The notes below the pieces were generated by a model. That model was given only the letters and a program-made list of their open reading frames with translations. It had not been told where the DNA came from and searched no databases. A stretch of DNA of 64,000 nt, taken from positions 2,147-66,146 of the forward strand of contig JBARBF010000007.1 of the NCBI GenBank assembly GCA_049792755.1. The letters are read 5' to 3'. Shown here one piece after another: positions 48,760 through 57,811 of this stretch (within the stretch, counting starts at the first letter, position 1; each line of letters begins with the position of its first letter). The position numbers and the translations under genes were made by a program. Origin of the DNA: Bacteroidales bacterium (GTDB lineage Bacteria > Bacteroidota > Bacteroidia > Bacteroidales > VadinHA17).

Positions 48760-49080
48760 ATGAAAAAACTTGCAATTTGTTTAATGATGACATGCTTGTC
48801 ATTAACATTAATCCCGCTTCAATTAAATGCAGCAAATCGATCTGAACCATCATCTTTGCCTGCTTCAAAACCTTCAGAATCCTCGGAAGCAAAAACACTG
48901 GAATTAAGATTAAATGAAATAAATTCAATGGACAAGTCGAACATGAAATCGGCAGAAAAGAAAAGCTTGCGTAAAGAGGTAAAAACTATAAACCACAGAC
49001 TTCATAATATAAGTGGAGGTGTATACCTTTCAGCAGGTGCAGTAATACTTATTGTTATATTACTTATTGTATTATTATAA
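48760..49080 (+). CDS. small secreted/tail-anchored protein, paralog 2
   Basis: 106 aa. Same architecture as 48231..48557. Ends SGGVYLSAGAVILIVILLIVLL. Confidence 0.65.
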   Translation: MKKLAICLMMTCLSLTLIPLQLNAANRSEPSSLPASKPSESSEAKTLELRLNEINSMDKSNMKSAEKKSLRKEVKTINHRLHNISGGVYLSAGAVILIVILLIVLL

Positions 49081-49098
49081 TCAATTAAAAACAGGAAA

Positions 49099-49377
49099 AT
49101 GAATTCAGGAAAAGTATTGCTTGGAGTACTGGCAGGCGTTGCTGCCGGTGCATTGTTAGGGATACTATTTGCCCCCGACAAAGGTCAGAACACGCGCAAA
49201 AATATCGCTAAAAAAGGAGACGATTTTGCAGAAGGATTGAAAGAAAAATTCGATGAATTTCTCGAAAACGTATCGGCCAGGGTTGATGAAGTAAAGGAAG
49301 AAGTTTCCGATTTTGCCGAAAAAGCCAAGACTAAAGTTTCTGAAGCTAAAAAAGCGGCAAAAACTGCAACCGAATGA
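49099..49377 (+). CDS. YtxH-domain protein
   Basis: 92 aa. GVLAGVAAGALLGILFAPDKGQNTRKNI followed by a charged helical tail. Confidence 0.8.
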   Translation: MNSGKVLLGVLAGVAAGALLGILFAPDKGQNTRKNIAKKGDDFAEGLKEKFDEFLENVSARVDEVKEEVSDFAEKAKTKVSEAKKAAKTATE

Positions 49378-49424
49378 GTTGTTTCATGGCAGTCAATCTT
49401 TAGAAATCAGGATAAATAAATATT

Positions 49425-49838
49425 ATGGAAATAGAAACTTTGAGGATCATTCCTCCTCTGACAAAGAATTTCAGGTCATCAGATTGTACTTTCTTAGGAT
49501 TTAATCTCCCCTCTTTGATTTCAGCAATGAAACAAAGTTATGCATGGGCAAACGGAGAACTTAAAGCAAAGATTCTTTTAAAAAGTCCCGAAAAACAGAT
49601 GGTTCTTACTGCATTGCATGAAGGGACAGAAATAAAATCCTATCAGTCAAATGATTCTGTCACTTTTCAGATAATTCAGGGCAGACTCAGGGTTCATATC
49701 CGCAGGGATACAGTAACCCTGCATGAAGGTCAGCTGATGACACTTGATGAAAAAATAAAATACCGTCTCACGACCGGGGAAGAAACCGTGTTTCTTTTAA
49801 CAATTTCCAATAGTATTACAAGAGCCTCAAACAACTAG
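49425..49838 (+). CDS. small cupin-like protein
   Basis: 137 aa. The beta-rich core LTALHEGTEIKSYQSNDSVTFQIIQGRLRVHI..DTVTLHEGQLMTLDEKIKYRLTTGEETVFLLTI fits a single cupin barrel. The start is uncertain. Confidence 0.5.
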   Translation: MEIETLRIIPPLTKNFRSSDCTFLGFNLPSLISAMKQSYAWANGELKAKILLKSPEKQMVLTALHEGTEIKSYQSNDSVTFQIIQGRLRVHIRRDTVTLHEGQLMTLDEKIKYRLTTGEETVFLLTISNSITRASNN

Positions 49839-49878
49839 TAATGGCTGTGTTTGCAGAACCTAAATAATAAGGTAAGAC

Positions 49879-50220
49879 ATGGAAGATAATACCAGGTTAC
49901 TGGAATCGTTGCTTGAAAGAGCTTCGGAATACAGTAAAACAAGCTTTGAGTTGCTGAAGCTTAAGACACTCGACAAAACAACTAATGTTGTATCTTCATT
50001 GGTCCCACAATCTATTGTCCTTGTACTTATTGCATCTTTCATGCTTTTTTTAAATCTGGGATTAGCCTTATGGCTGGGCGATATCCTTGGCAAAGCCTTC
50101 TATGGATTCTTTGTAGTAGCCGGTTTTTATATTCTTGTCGGGATAGTAATTCATTTCTTCATGCATAACTGGATCAGGAAGCTTGTTGGGAACTATTTTA
50201 TTAAACGGATGCTTAAATAG
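49879..50220 (+). CDS. holin-X-like (DUF1469-type 'phage holin family') membrane protein
   Basis: 113 aa. An amphipathic N-terminal helix and then two TM helices. This architecture is commonly found next to YtxH genes. Confidence 0.6.
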   Translation: MEDNTRLLESLLERASEYSKTSFELLKLKTLDKTTNVVSSLVPQSIVLVLIASFMLFLNLGLALWLGDILGKAFYGFFVVAGFYILVGIVIHFFMHNWIRKLVGNYFIKRMLK

Positions 50221-50226
50221 GAACAG

Positions 50227-50607
50227 ATGCAACAGATAATTTCTTCAGCCGGACTTAAAGACGCAATTCAATTATTGGAGATTGAACAAGGAATAAAAGG
50301 GCAGTTATTAAAAGAACAGTTCTATCTGACTTATGAAAGTCTGAAACCTGTTAATCTAATCAAAAGCACTTTGAAGGAGATCTCTTCATCTCCATATCTG
50401 ATAGATAATATATCAGGTACTGCGATGGGTCTGCTCAGCGGGTTCCTTTCAAAGAAGATATTTGTTGGGACGTCAGGAAATCTGATACGAAAACTATTTG
50501 GTACTATCCTTCAGTTTGGTATTACAAATGTTGTTGCACATAATTCTGACGTAATCAAATCACTCGGACAGGCTTTGATTCAACATGTCATTCGTAAAAA
50601 GACCTAA
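50227..50607 (+). CDS. hypothetical protein
   Basis: 126 aa. Coding-like, tightly packed in the operon. I do not recognise any family. Confidence 0.45.
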   Translation: MQQIISSAGLKDAIQLLEIEQGIKGQLLKEQFYLTYESLKPVNLIKSTLKEISSSPYLIDNISGTAMGLLSGFLSKKIFVGTSGNLIRKLFGTILQFGITNVVAHNSDVIKSLGQALIQHVIRKKT

Positions 50608-50618
50608 TTCCATCAGTC

Positions 50619-51719
50619 ATGCAGGGTGAAGAATTAAAGCTTCCATTTTACGCAAAGGTTACCATATTCCTTTTGGGCTTAATTGCTTTATTAGCAATAA
50701 TGTATGTTGCAAAAAGCATTATTATCCCTGTAGTTTTCGCAATAATCATTGCAATAGTACTCCACCCCGTGGTAAATTATATGGTGCGGATAAAAATTAA
50801 CAGGATATTAGCTATTATCCTCACAATGTTTCTTACTTTTTTAGTAATTGCCGCATTTGGCGCCGTTTTGTTTTCCCAGGCAAGCAAGTTTGGGGAATCG
50901 TGGCCTGTACTGGTCGGTAAATTTACCTCTCTGCTTAACCAGAGCATCGCAGATGCAGCCGATTATTTCAATAAGGATCCGCAGAAAATCCATGATTGGA
51001 TTACGAAAACCCAGGGTGAAATAATCAACATTAGTACTGCTGCTATCGGACAAACAATAGTCCTTCTCGGCAATGGTTTGATAATATTATTATTAATACC
51101 TTTTTACATCTTCATGATATTATTTTATCAGCCTTTATTAATTGAGTTTATTCGCAGACTCTCCGGGACAAATTACCAAAGTCATGTCAGGCAGATAGTT
51201 TCCCAGATAAAAACTGTTATTCAACGCTATCTTGTGGGGTTGGTTATCGAAGCAGTCCTGATGGCAGCGATGAATACCGCAGCTCTTTTAATACTTGGAA
51301 TCGAATATGCCTTCATTCTTGGCATTCTTGCAGCATTGCTCAATGTAATTCCCTACATCGGGGGGATCATTGCTGTTGCGATGCCGATGATGGTAGCCCT
51401 GGTCACCAAACCTTCACCCTGGTACGCTTTTTACATTCTGGCAGCTTATTATATTATCCAATTGATAGACAATCACTATATCGTTCCATATATTGTTGCT
51501 TCAAAAATAAAAATCAATGCGTTATTCTCCGTAATAGTTGTTCTTGCCGGAAATGCTTTATGGGGTATACCCGGAATGTTTCTATCGATGCCTGTACTTG
51601 CCATAATAAAGCTCATTTGCGACCATATAGAACCATTAAAACCGTGGGGCTATTTATTAGGTGATACCATGCCGCCATTACTTAAAATCAAAACGATATT
51701 AAAAAAAATAACTAAATGA
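50619..51719 (+). CDS. AI-2E (PerM/YhhT) family transporter
   Basis: 366 aa with about 8 TM helices. Conserved LLNVIPYIGGIIA and GIPGMFLSMPVLA blocks. Confidence 0.8.
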   Translation: MQGEELKLPFYAKVTIFLLGLIALLAIMYVAKSIIIPVVFAIIIAIVLHPVVNYMVRIKINRILAIILTMFLTFLVIAAFGAVLFSQASKFGESWPVLVGKFTSLLNQSIADAADYFNKDPQKIHDWITKTQGEIINISTAAIGQTIVLLGNGLIILLLIPFYIFMILFYQPLLIEFIRRLSGTNYQSHVRQIVSQIKTVIQRYLVGLVIEAVLMAAMNTAALLILGIEYAFILGILAALLNVIPYIGGIIAVAMPMMVALVTKPSPWYAFYILAAYYIIQLIDNHYIVPYIVASKIKINALFSVIVVLAGNALWGIPGMFLSMPVLAIIKLICDHIEPLKPWGYLLGDTMPPLLKIKTILKKITK

Positions 51720-52207
51720 TTGAATTCTCTGAACAATTATCAGGTCTGGAACAAAGTTTAATGAAGTATGCATATCACCTTAAATTAAGCAATGATGATG
51801 CGAGAGATCTTGTTCAGGAAACTTTTCTGAAAGCACTTTTGAGCCGGGAAAAATATGTAGATACCGGATTTCTAAAAGCCTGGACCATGACAATTATGAG
51901 AAACACATTTATCAATAGCTACAGGCATAATGTTCTGCATAACACCCATTGTGACCGTACTGATGAGGAATATTACATAAATCAGACAAAATGTTCAGGT
52001 TCAGACGACCCCGATTCCGTATATTCTGTTATGGAAATTACGAAAAGTATTGAACAATTAAAAGGAAAATTCAGGGTGCCATTTAAAATGTATGTTGCCG
52101 GTTACAGGTACAGGGAAATAGCTGATAAGTTTAATCTCAATCTAGGGACAGTAAAAAGCAGAATATTCCTGGCAAGAAAAGTGCTGATTAATCGAATAAA
52201 CTGTTAA
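51716..52207 (+). CDS. sigma-70-family (ECF-like) RNA polymerase sigma factor
   Basis: 163 aa. Region 2 (DLVQETFLKAL...AWTMTIMRNTFINSYR) and region 4 HTH (YREIADKFNLNLGTVKSRIFLARKVL). Its ATG overlaps the AI-2E stop (ATGA). Confidence 0.8.
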   Translation: MIEFSEQLSGLEQSLMKYAYHLKLSNDDARDLVQETFLKALLSREKYVDTGFLKAWTMTIMRNTFINSYRHNVLHNTHCDRTDEEYYINQTKCSGSDDPDSVYSVMEITKSIEQLKGKFRVPFKMYVAGYRYREIADKFNLNLGTVKSRIFLARKVLINRINC

Positions 52208-52252
52208 CCGGAATAAAAGGTATAATAACCTCATTTTAATATTAAACCATAC

Positions 52253-52316
52253 GTGAATTATGTAACTCTTTCAGATAGTTATGTAACACTTACAAAAAGC
52301 CAAAATCCTAATTTTG
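52253..52316 (+). promoter_or_regulatory. operator/promoter cassette B
   Basis: GTGAATT-ATGTAAC (52260) -N14- ATGTAAC (52281) -N21- TAATTTTG (52309). Spacing is identical to cassette A. Confidence 0.7.
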
Positions 52317-52393
52317 TTATGATTAAGAAATGCAAACTATAAATAAGTGATCATGACTTATTATAAGATTTTGAAAATTTCAGCTTTGTCAAT

Positions 52394-52696
52394 ATGAAAT
52401 CTATCATTAAAGTTTCAGTATTATTCCTGATAATTATTGCTTCTGTAATATTTACAAAACAGGCATCAGCTCAGCAATCCAATGTAAGTTTCCAGGTTTT
52501 CTACGATCAACTGAGTCCCTACGGAGATTGGGTAAATTATCCTAATTGGGGGTATGTATGGATTCCTGATGCCGGACCTGATTTTGTACCTTATTCGACT
52601 AATGGTCATTGGATCCTGACTGACTTTGGATGGACATGGATGTCTGATTACAGTTGGGGATGGGCGCCATTTCATTATGGGGGCTGGGGTAAATAA
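52394..52696 (+). CDS. small secreted W-rich (YxWGxW-type repeat) protein, possibly C-terminally truncated
   Basis: 100 aa with a signal peptide. WGYVWIPDAGPDFVPYSTNGHWILTDFGWTWMSDYSWGWAPFHYGGWGK, then a stop. Confidence 0.6.
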   Translation: MKSIIKVSVLFLIIIASVIFTKQASAQQSNVSFQVFYDQLSPYGDWVNYPNWGYVWIPDAGPDFVPYSTNGHWILTDFGWTWMSDYSWGWAPFHYGGWGK

Positions 52697-52957
52697 ATTG
52701 ATTTTCAAGCTATTTAATTATTGTTATCTATGATTCCTGATACTCATATAAGATTTTATTCTGAAAGTCATCGTTTACCGTTAATCGTTAAGCGGTGACT
52801 TTTTTAAATTTTCAGTAGATCTTATAATAATCAGGAGGTAGCAGCAAGAATACTTATATCTCTGAATCTGCCATCCCTTACCAGACAGATTGTTTTTGCA
52901 AAATAAATTATCCGGATATATTCAATCAGATTGACCAGCGCGTAATCAAATAGAATA

Positions 52958-53794
52958 ATGAAAAAAATAAACCCTGTTATTAAGGTAAAAAGCATTGCAA
53001 AGGAGCAATCCATAAAACTCAGTGAAAAAGCTATTGCAAAAACAGTGGTGGCACACAACTTTTTGACAGACATGGCTGACTTCTTTTTATTTCTTTCACA
53101 TACATGTAAAGACACTTTTTCAAGAGATTTTGAGTTCAAAGAGTTTTTACGTCAGTCATTTAAGATCGGATATAAATCATTGCCCCTTATTTCTGTGACC
53201 GGATTAATTATGGGATTGGTACTTACTATTCAGGCGAGGCCATCATTGGTTCATTTTGGTGCAGTATCTTTACTTCCGGGTATGGTAGCCGTATCTCTTA
53301 TCAGGGAAATGGGGCCGGTTATCACCGCACTGATCTGTGCGGGTAAAATTGGTTCCGGGATGGGGGCAGAGTTAGGTTCGATGAAGGTGACAGAACAGAT
53401 TGATGCTATGGAAGTATCATCCACCAATCCAATGAAATTTTTAGTAGTTACCAGGGTATTGGCTGCCACATTGATGATACCTTTGCTGGTAATATATTCT
53501 GACACTCTTGGTATCCTGGGAAGCTGGGCTGGAACAAATATTAAAGGTGATGTGCCTTTTGTACTATTTTGCTCACAAGCTTTTAGCCATCTTGAGTTTA
53601 TTGATTTTTTACCAGCTGTTATAAAATCGTTCTTTTTTGGTGCAGTAATCGGACTTGTTGGATGCTATAAGGGATATACAGCCGGTCGCGGAACAGAAAG
53701 TGTAGGTATTGCAGCTAATTCTGCCGTAGTCGTTTCCTCATTGCTTGTAATAATTGTCGACCTGATTGCAGTGCAGATTACTGATTTATTATGA
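52958..53794 (+). CDS. mlaE: MlaE-family ABC transporter permease
   Basis: 278 aa. Conserved REMGPVITALICAGKIGSGMGAELGSMKVTEQIDAME block. The start may be the downstream ATG at 53069. Confidence 0.85.
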   Translation: MKKINPVIKVKSIAKEQSIKLSEKAIAKTVVAHNFLTDMADFFLFLSHTCKDTFSRDFEFKEFLRQSFKIGYKSLPLISVTGLIMGLVLTIQARPSLVHFGAVSLLPGMVAVSLIREMGPVITALICAGKIGSGMGAELGSMKVTEQIDAMEVSSTNPMKFLVVTRVLAATLMIPLLVIYSDTLGILGSWAGTNIKGDVPFVLFCSQAFSHLEFIDFLPAVIKSFFFGAVIGLVGCYKGYTAGRGTESVGIAANSAVVVSSLLVIIVDLIAVQITDLL

Positions 53795-53818
53795 TATAAT
53801 TTGAAAATTTGAAAGTTA

Positions 53819-54595
53819 ATGAATTCTGCAATGACCGCGACTAAAATTCCGGACAAAATGAAAAGCCTTGAACCGGTTATTGAAATAAATGACCTTAGGA
53901 AAGGATTTGGTACTCAGGAAGTCTTAAAAGATGTGTCATTAAAACTTTTTAAAGGTGAAAACCTGGCAGTACTTGGAAAATCAGGCTCGGGAAAATCTGT
54001 CCTGATAAAATGCATTGTCGGTTTATTTAATCCTGATTTCGGAACTATAAATGTGCTCGGAGAAAACGTGAGTCAATTAAGCAATGATAACTTAGGGGAG
54101 TTACGAAAGAAGATTGGTTTTCTTTTTCAGAGTGGTGCGCTTTATGATTCCATGAATGTAAGACAAAACCTGGAATTTCCTCTAAAGAGAATAAAAAAGG
54201 ATCTCACTCAAAAAGAAATTAATGAAAAAGTAAATGAAGCCCTGGAGAATGTCGGATTGGCTGATGCTATTGACAAGATGCCATCGCAGCTCTCAGGAGG
54301 AATGCGTAAACGGATCAGTCTTGCTCGAACAATAGTTGTTGACCCAATGATCATTTTATATGATGAACCAACAACCGGACTTGATCCTGCAACTTCAGAT
54401 GAAATAAGTTCACTCATTAATGATGTTCAGAAAAAATATAAAACTTCTTCACTTATAATCACTCATGATATAGAGTGTGTTCGTAATACGGCAAACAGGT
54501 TAATAATGTTGAATGACGGAGTAGTTTATAAGGTAGGTGAATTAGCGGAATTTGAAAAGTCCTCTGATTCATTAATCAGATCATTCTTTAAATAA
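53819..54595 (+). CDS. mlaF: MlaF-type ABC transporter ATP-binding protein
   Basis: Walker A GKSGSGKS, signature LSGGMRKR, Walker B ILYDEPTTGLD. Confidence 0.85.
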   Translation: MNSAMTATKIPDKMKSLEPVIEINDLRKGFGTQEVLKDVSLKLFKGENLAVLGKSGSGKSVLIKCIVGLFNPDFGTINVLGENVSQLSNDNLGELRKKIGFLFQSGALYDSMNVRQNLEFPLKRIKKDLTQKEINEKVNEALENVGLADAIDKMPSQLSGGMRKRISLARTIVVDPMIILYDEPTTGLDPATSDEISSLINDVQKKYKTSSLIITHDIECVRNTANRLIMLNDGVVYKVGELAEFEKSSDSLIRSFFK

Positions 54596-54631
54596 TTATT
54601 ATATAAGTATCAGATTTTAAAACCATAAAAA

Positions 54632-55354
54632 ATGGAAAAGCATACAACTAAATTCAAAGTACGGTTAGGATTGTTTATAGCAGGCGGACTTATGATTTTT
54701 GTAGCGGCGGTTTTTATAATCGGGAGACAGAAAAACCTATTTGTTCCAGTCTATAAGCTCACTACAACTTTTAATAATGTAAGCGGATTACTGGTTGGAA
54801 ACAATATCCGCTTTTCAGGAATTAATGTTGGCACCGTTGACAACATTAAAATAATTAACGATTCAACTGTTCAGGTCGATATGTTGATCCAAAAAAGTGT
54901 ACAGAAATTTATTAAATCGGATTGTCAGGCGGCAATTGGTTCAGCCGGACTTATCGGGGACCGCATTTTAATTATTACTCAGGGCAGTTCTGATGCTTCC
55001 CTGGCAAAAGACGGTCAGCAAATTGTGTCAAAGGAACCGGTTGAACCCGATGCTATTATGGCAAGCTTGCAGGTTACGGCAGATAATGCAGCAATTGTTT
55101 CGTTTCAACTCGCAGAAATCATGACCAAAGTTAACAGTGGAAGCGGTACTCTAGGAAGATTTATCCAGGATTCGACAATAGCGGAAAACATTAATCAGAC
55201 GATTGTAAATCTTAAAAAGAGCAGTAAGGGTTTGAACGAAAATATGAATGCAGCCAAGGAAAATTTCCTTTTCAGAGGTTATTTTAAAAGAAAAGAAAAA
55301 GCAGCTGAAAAAAAGGCAGAAGAACAAAAATCAGACGATATCAAGAAAAAATAA
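54632..55354 (+). CDS. mlaD: MlaD/MCE-domain protein
   Basis: 240 aa. N-terminal TM helix and an MCE fold (NVSGLLVGNNIRFSGINVGTVDNI). Confidence 0.8.
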   Translation: MEKHTTKFKVRLGLFIAGGLMIFVAAVFIIGRQKNLFVPVYKLTTTFNNVSGLLVGNNIRFSGINVGTVDNIKIINDSTVQVDMLIQKSVQKFIKSDCQAAIGSAGLIGDRILIITQGSSDASLAKDGQQIVSKEPVEPDAIMASLQVTADNAAIVSFQLAEIMTKVNSGSGTLGRFIQDSTIAENINQTIVNLKKSSKGLNENMNAAKENFLFRGYFKRKEKAAEKKAEEQKSDDIKKK

Positions 55355-55494
55355 CTCTCCGGAAAAATTATTGAAGCTCTTCGCAGCAAGCTACAAAAAA
55401 TCTTCGATCCCCTAAGGTAAATTCTTGATGCCCGCTGACTTCGCAGCAAGTAACGATGAATGCGCTCGCGGGGATTCAAAAATGGTAAGCCCAA

Positions 55495-57330
55495 ATGTAT
55501 TCCAAAATATTTTTCATATCTGTTCTTGTTTGTTTTACCAGTGCTTATTCATCAGCCCAGGAAACTCCTGTTAAATCAGACTCCACTCATATTTATAAAG
55601 ATATTGAAACCTATTCGAAGAGAAACAAGTTTAATACTTTCATGTACCGGTTAATTTTCAAACCGATCACCATAATATCAAAAAAAGAGGTCAAAAAGAA
55701 AGCTTATAAAAAACTGATCCAGAAACCATACAGCATCTTCCAGGGTAAAATTATCAGGAAAATCGATATTGTTACCCTTGATCCTTTCGGTTACTCAGCC
55801 ACCGATACCACTTCAACAGAGCAGACCAGATTAACTAATATCGGAAATTATTTACATATTAAAACACGGATTATTGCTATCCGGAACTTGTTGCTTATCC
55901 ATAAAAATGAACTATTTAATTCTTTTTATGTAAAAGAGTCTGAACGCCTTATCCGCACCCAGAAATTTGTGCATGATGTTTTTTTTTACGTTGCTTCTTC
56001 AGGACCAAAATCTGATTCTGTAGATATTTTTATACGCGAATTGGATAACTGGAGTATCGCTGGTGAAGCAGCCATTTCCACTTCACATACTACGATTGGA
56101 TTATCAGATAATAATTTTCTGGGAACAGGACATGAATTTCAAAATGTCTTCTCCAGAAATATTAGTGCCGGGATCAGCAAATTCAGTACCAATTATCTCA
56201 TTCCGAATATAATGACTACTTACATCAACTCCAATCTGCACTATGAAGTTGACGGATATGGAAACATCAGAAGAAGTCTGGCTGTTGACCGGCCATTCTA
56301 TTCTCCTTATGCCAAATGGGCAGGAGGAATTTCTTTTGCCACTCAGGTAAAAAGAGATTCACTTGCAGGTATGAATCCTCTGTATGTTCCAATAAACTTA
56401 AAATTTAAAACACAGGATTTTTGGGCTGGCAAAGCAATTCAGATTTTCAAAGGCTCAACAGAAGATGAGCTTGCAACTAATTTAATATTATCTGCCCGGT
56501 ATCTCCGTATCAGATATCTCCAGAAACCAAATGATATTAATGACCCTTTGCAAATGTATTCCAACGAGGATTTTTACTTGACAGGAATAGGAATTTCCAC
56601 ACGTAAATATGTCCAGGATAAATATATCTTTAAATATGGGACAATTGAGGATGTCCCGGTCGGAAAGATTATTGAACTGACCGGAGGTTACCAGTTAAGA
56701 AACAGTTCCTGGCGACCATATTTGGGAATGCGGTTTTCCTTCGGAAACTATAATGAATGGGGATACCTGAGCACTAACTTTGAATATGGAACTTTTTTCC
56801 GGGCATCTCATACTGAACAGAGTGTCATTACTATCGGTGTAAACTATTTCACAGGATTATTTGAAATCGGGAATTGGAGATTCAGGCAATTCGTAAAGCC
56901 ACAGGTTACCATAGGAATAAACAGGTTCTCTTACGATACCTTGACTCTCAATGATGATCGAGGTATTAATGGATTTAACAGCAGGGGTTTGGTGGGGACT
57001 AACCGTCTGCTGTTTATGCTACAAACACAATCATATGCTCCCTGGAATTTTTTCGGATTCCATTTCGGACCTTTTCTCGTCTATTCAGCAGGTATGCTAG
57101 GAGATGCAATATCGGGTTTTAAAAACCGGAAATTATATTCTCAGATAGGCTTTGGAGTTTTAATAAAAAATGAAAACCTGGTTTTTGGAACCTTTCAGAT
57201 CTCGTTATCATTTTTTCCATTGATCCCCGGGAATGGTCAGAATATTTTTAAAATGAACTCATTCAGTACCAACGATTTCGGATTCAGGGATTTTGTGATC
57301 GGGGAACCTGCTCCGGTGTTATACAGGTAG
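55495..57330 (+). CDS. hypothetical secreted protein, possibly an outer-membrane beta-barrel
   Basis: 611 aa. Signal peptide and beta-rich, aromatic-rich sequence. Follows mlaFED on the same strand. I do not recognise a confident family. Confidence 0.4.
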   Translation: MYSKIFFISVLVCFTSAYSSAQETPVKSDSTHIYKDIETYSKRNKFNTFMYRLIFKPITIISKKEVKKKAYKKLIQKPYSIFQGKIIRKIDIVTLDPFGYSATDTTSTEQTRLTNIGNYLHIKTRIIAIRNLLLIHKNELFNSFYVKESERLIRTQKFVHDVFFYVASSGPKSDSVDIFIRELDNWSIAGEAAISTSHTTIGLSDNNFLGTGHEFQNVFSRNISAGISKFSTNYLIPNIMTTYINSNLHYEVDGYGNIRRSLAVDRPFYSPYAKWAGGISFATQVKRDSLAGMNPLYVPINLKFKTQDFWAGKAIQIFKGSTEDELATNLILSARYLRIRYLQKPNDINDPLQMYSNEDFYLTGIGISTRKYVQDKYIFKYGTIEDVPVGKIIELTGGYQLRNSSWRPYLGMRFSFGNYNEWGYLSTNFEYGTFFRASHTEQSVITIGVNYFTGLFEIGNWRFRQFVKPQVTIGINRFSYDTLTLNDDRGINGFNSRGLVGTNRLLFMLQTQSYAPWNFFGFHFGPFLVYSAGMLGDAISGFKNRKLYSQIGFGVLIKNENLVFGTFQISLSFFPLIPGNGQNIFKMNSFSTNDFGFRDFVIGEPAPVLYR

Positions 57331-57427
57331 AATCCTTAAATTGCACAGACCTTAGCTATTATGCCTTCATTCCATTGCGTCGTTGAGCCACTGAGCCACT
57401 GTGCCTTTGCCTCTTACTCTCCAATAT

Positions 57428-57491
57428 GTGAATAATGTAACTCTTTCTAATAGTTATGTAATGGTAAAGGGTAGTATGAGGAGTATCTTTG
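57428..57491 (+). promoter_or_regulatory. operator/promoter cassette C
   Basis: GTGAATA-ATGTAAC (57435) -N14- ATGTAAT (57456) -N21- TATCTTTG (57484). Confidence 0.7.
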
Positions 57492-57514
57492 AGTTAAACT
57501 AATAAATCAAAATC

Positions 57515-57700
57515 ATGCCACTATTAACTATTTTAATCGTACTAATTGTTGCAGGCGTTCTACTGTGGCTTGTCAATAATTATATCCCAATGGACCATAA
57601 GATAAAAAACATCCTCAACGCTGTCGTAGTAGTAGTTGTTGTTGTATGGCTTTTAAAAGTTTTTGGGGTTTTCGTTTACCTAAGGGATATTCATCTTTAA
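57515..57700 (+). CDS. Thivi_2564-type small membrane protein
   Basis: 61 aa. MPLLTILIVLIVAGVLLWLVNNYIPMDHKIKNILNAVVVVVVVVWLLKVFGVF. Confidence 0.65.
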   Translation: MPLLTILIVLIVAGVLLWLVNNYIPMDHKIKNILNAVVVVVVVVWLLKVFGVFVYLRDIHL

Positions 57701-57811
57701 TAATGCATATTGAAGTTTTTGAATGTGATTGTTTCTTTTTGGGCAATTCTGGTAAATGTTTATATCGCTTCTTAAGTTTCATTAACTTGCATATAAATAA
57801 TTACAATTATA

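Noticed and set aside
57701-57811. M-box (Mg2+) riboswitch or leader upstream of mgtA
   Set aside because: The spacer is only about 110 nt, is very AT-rich and shows no extended conserved helices. This could not be verified without a covariance-model scan.
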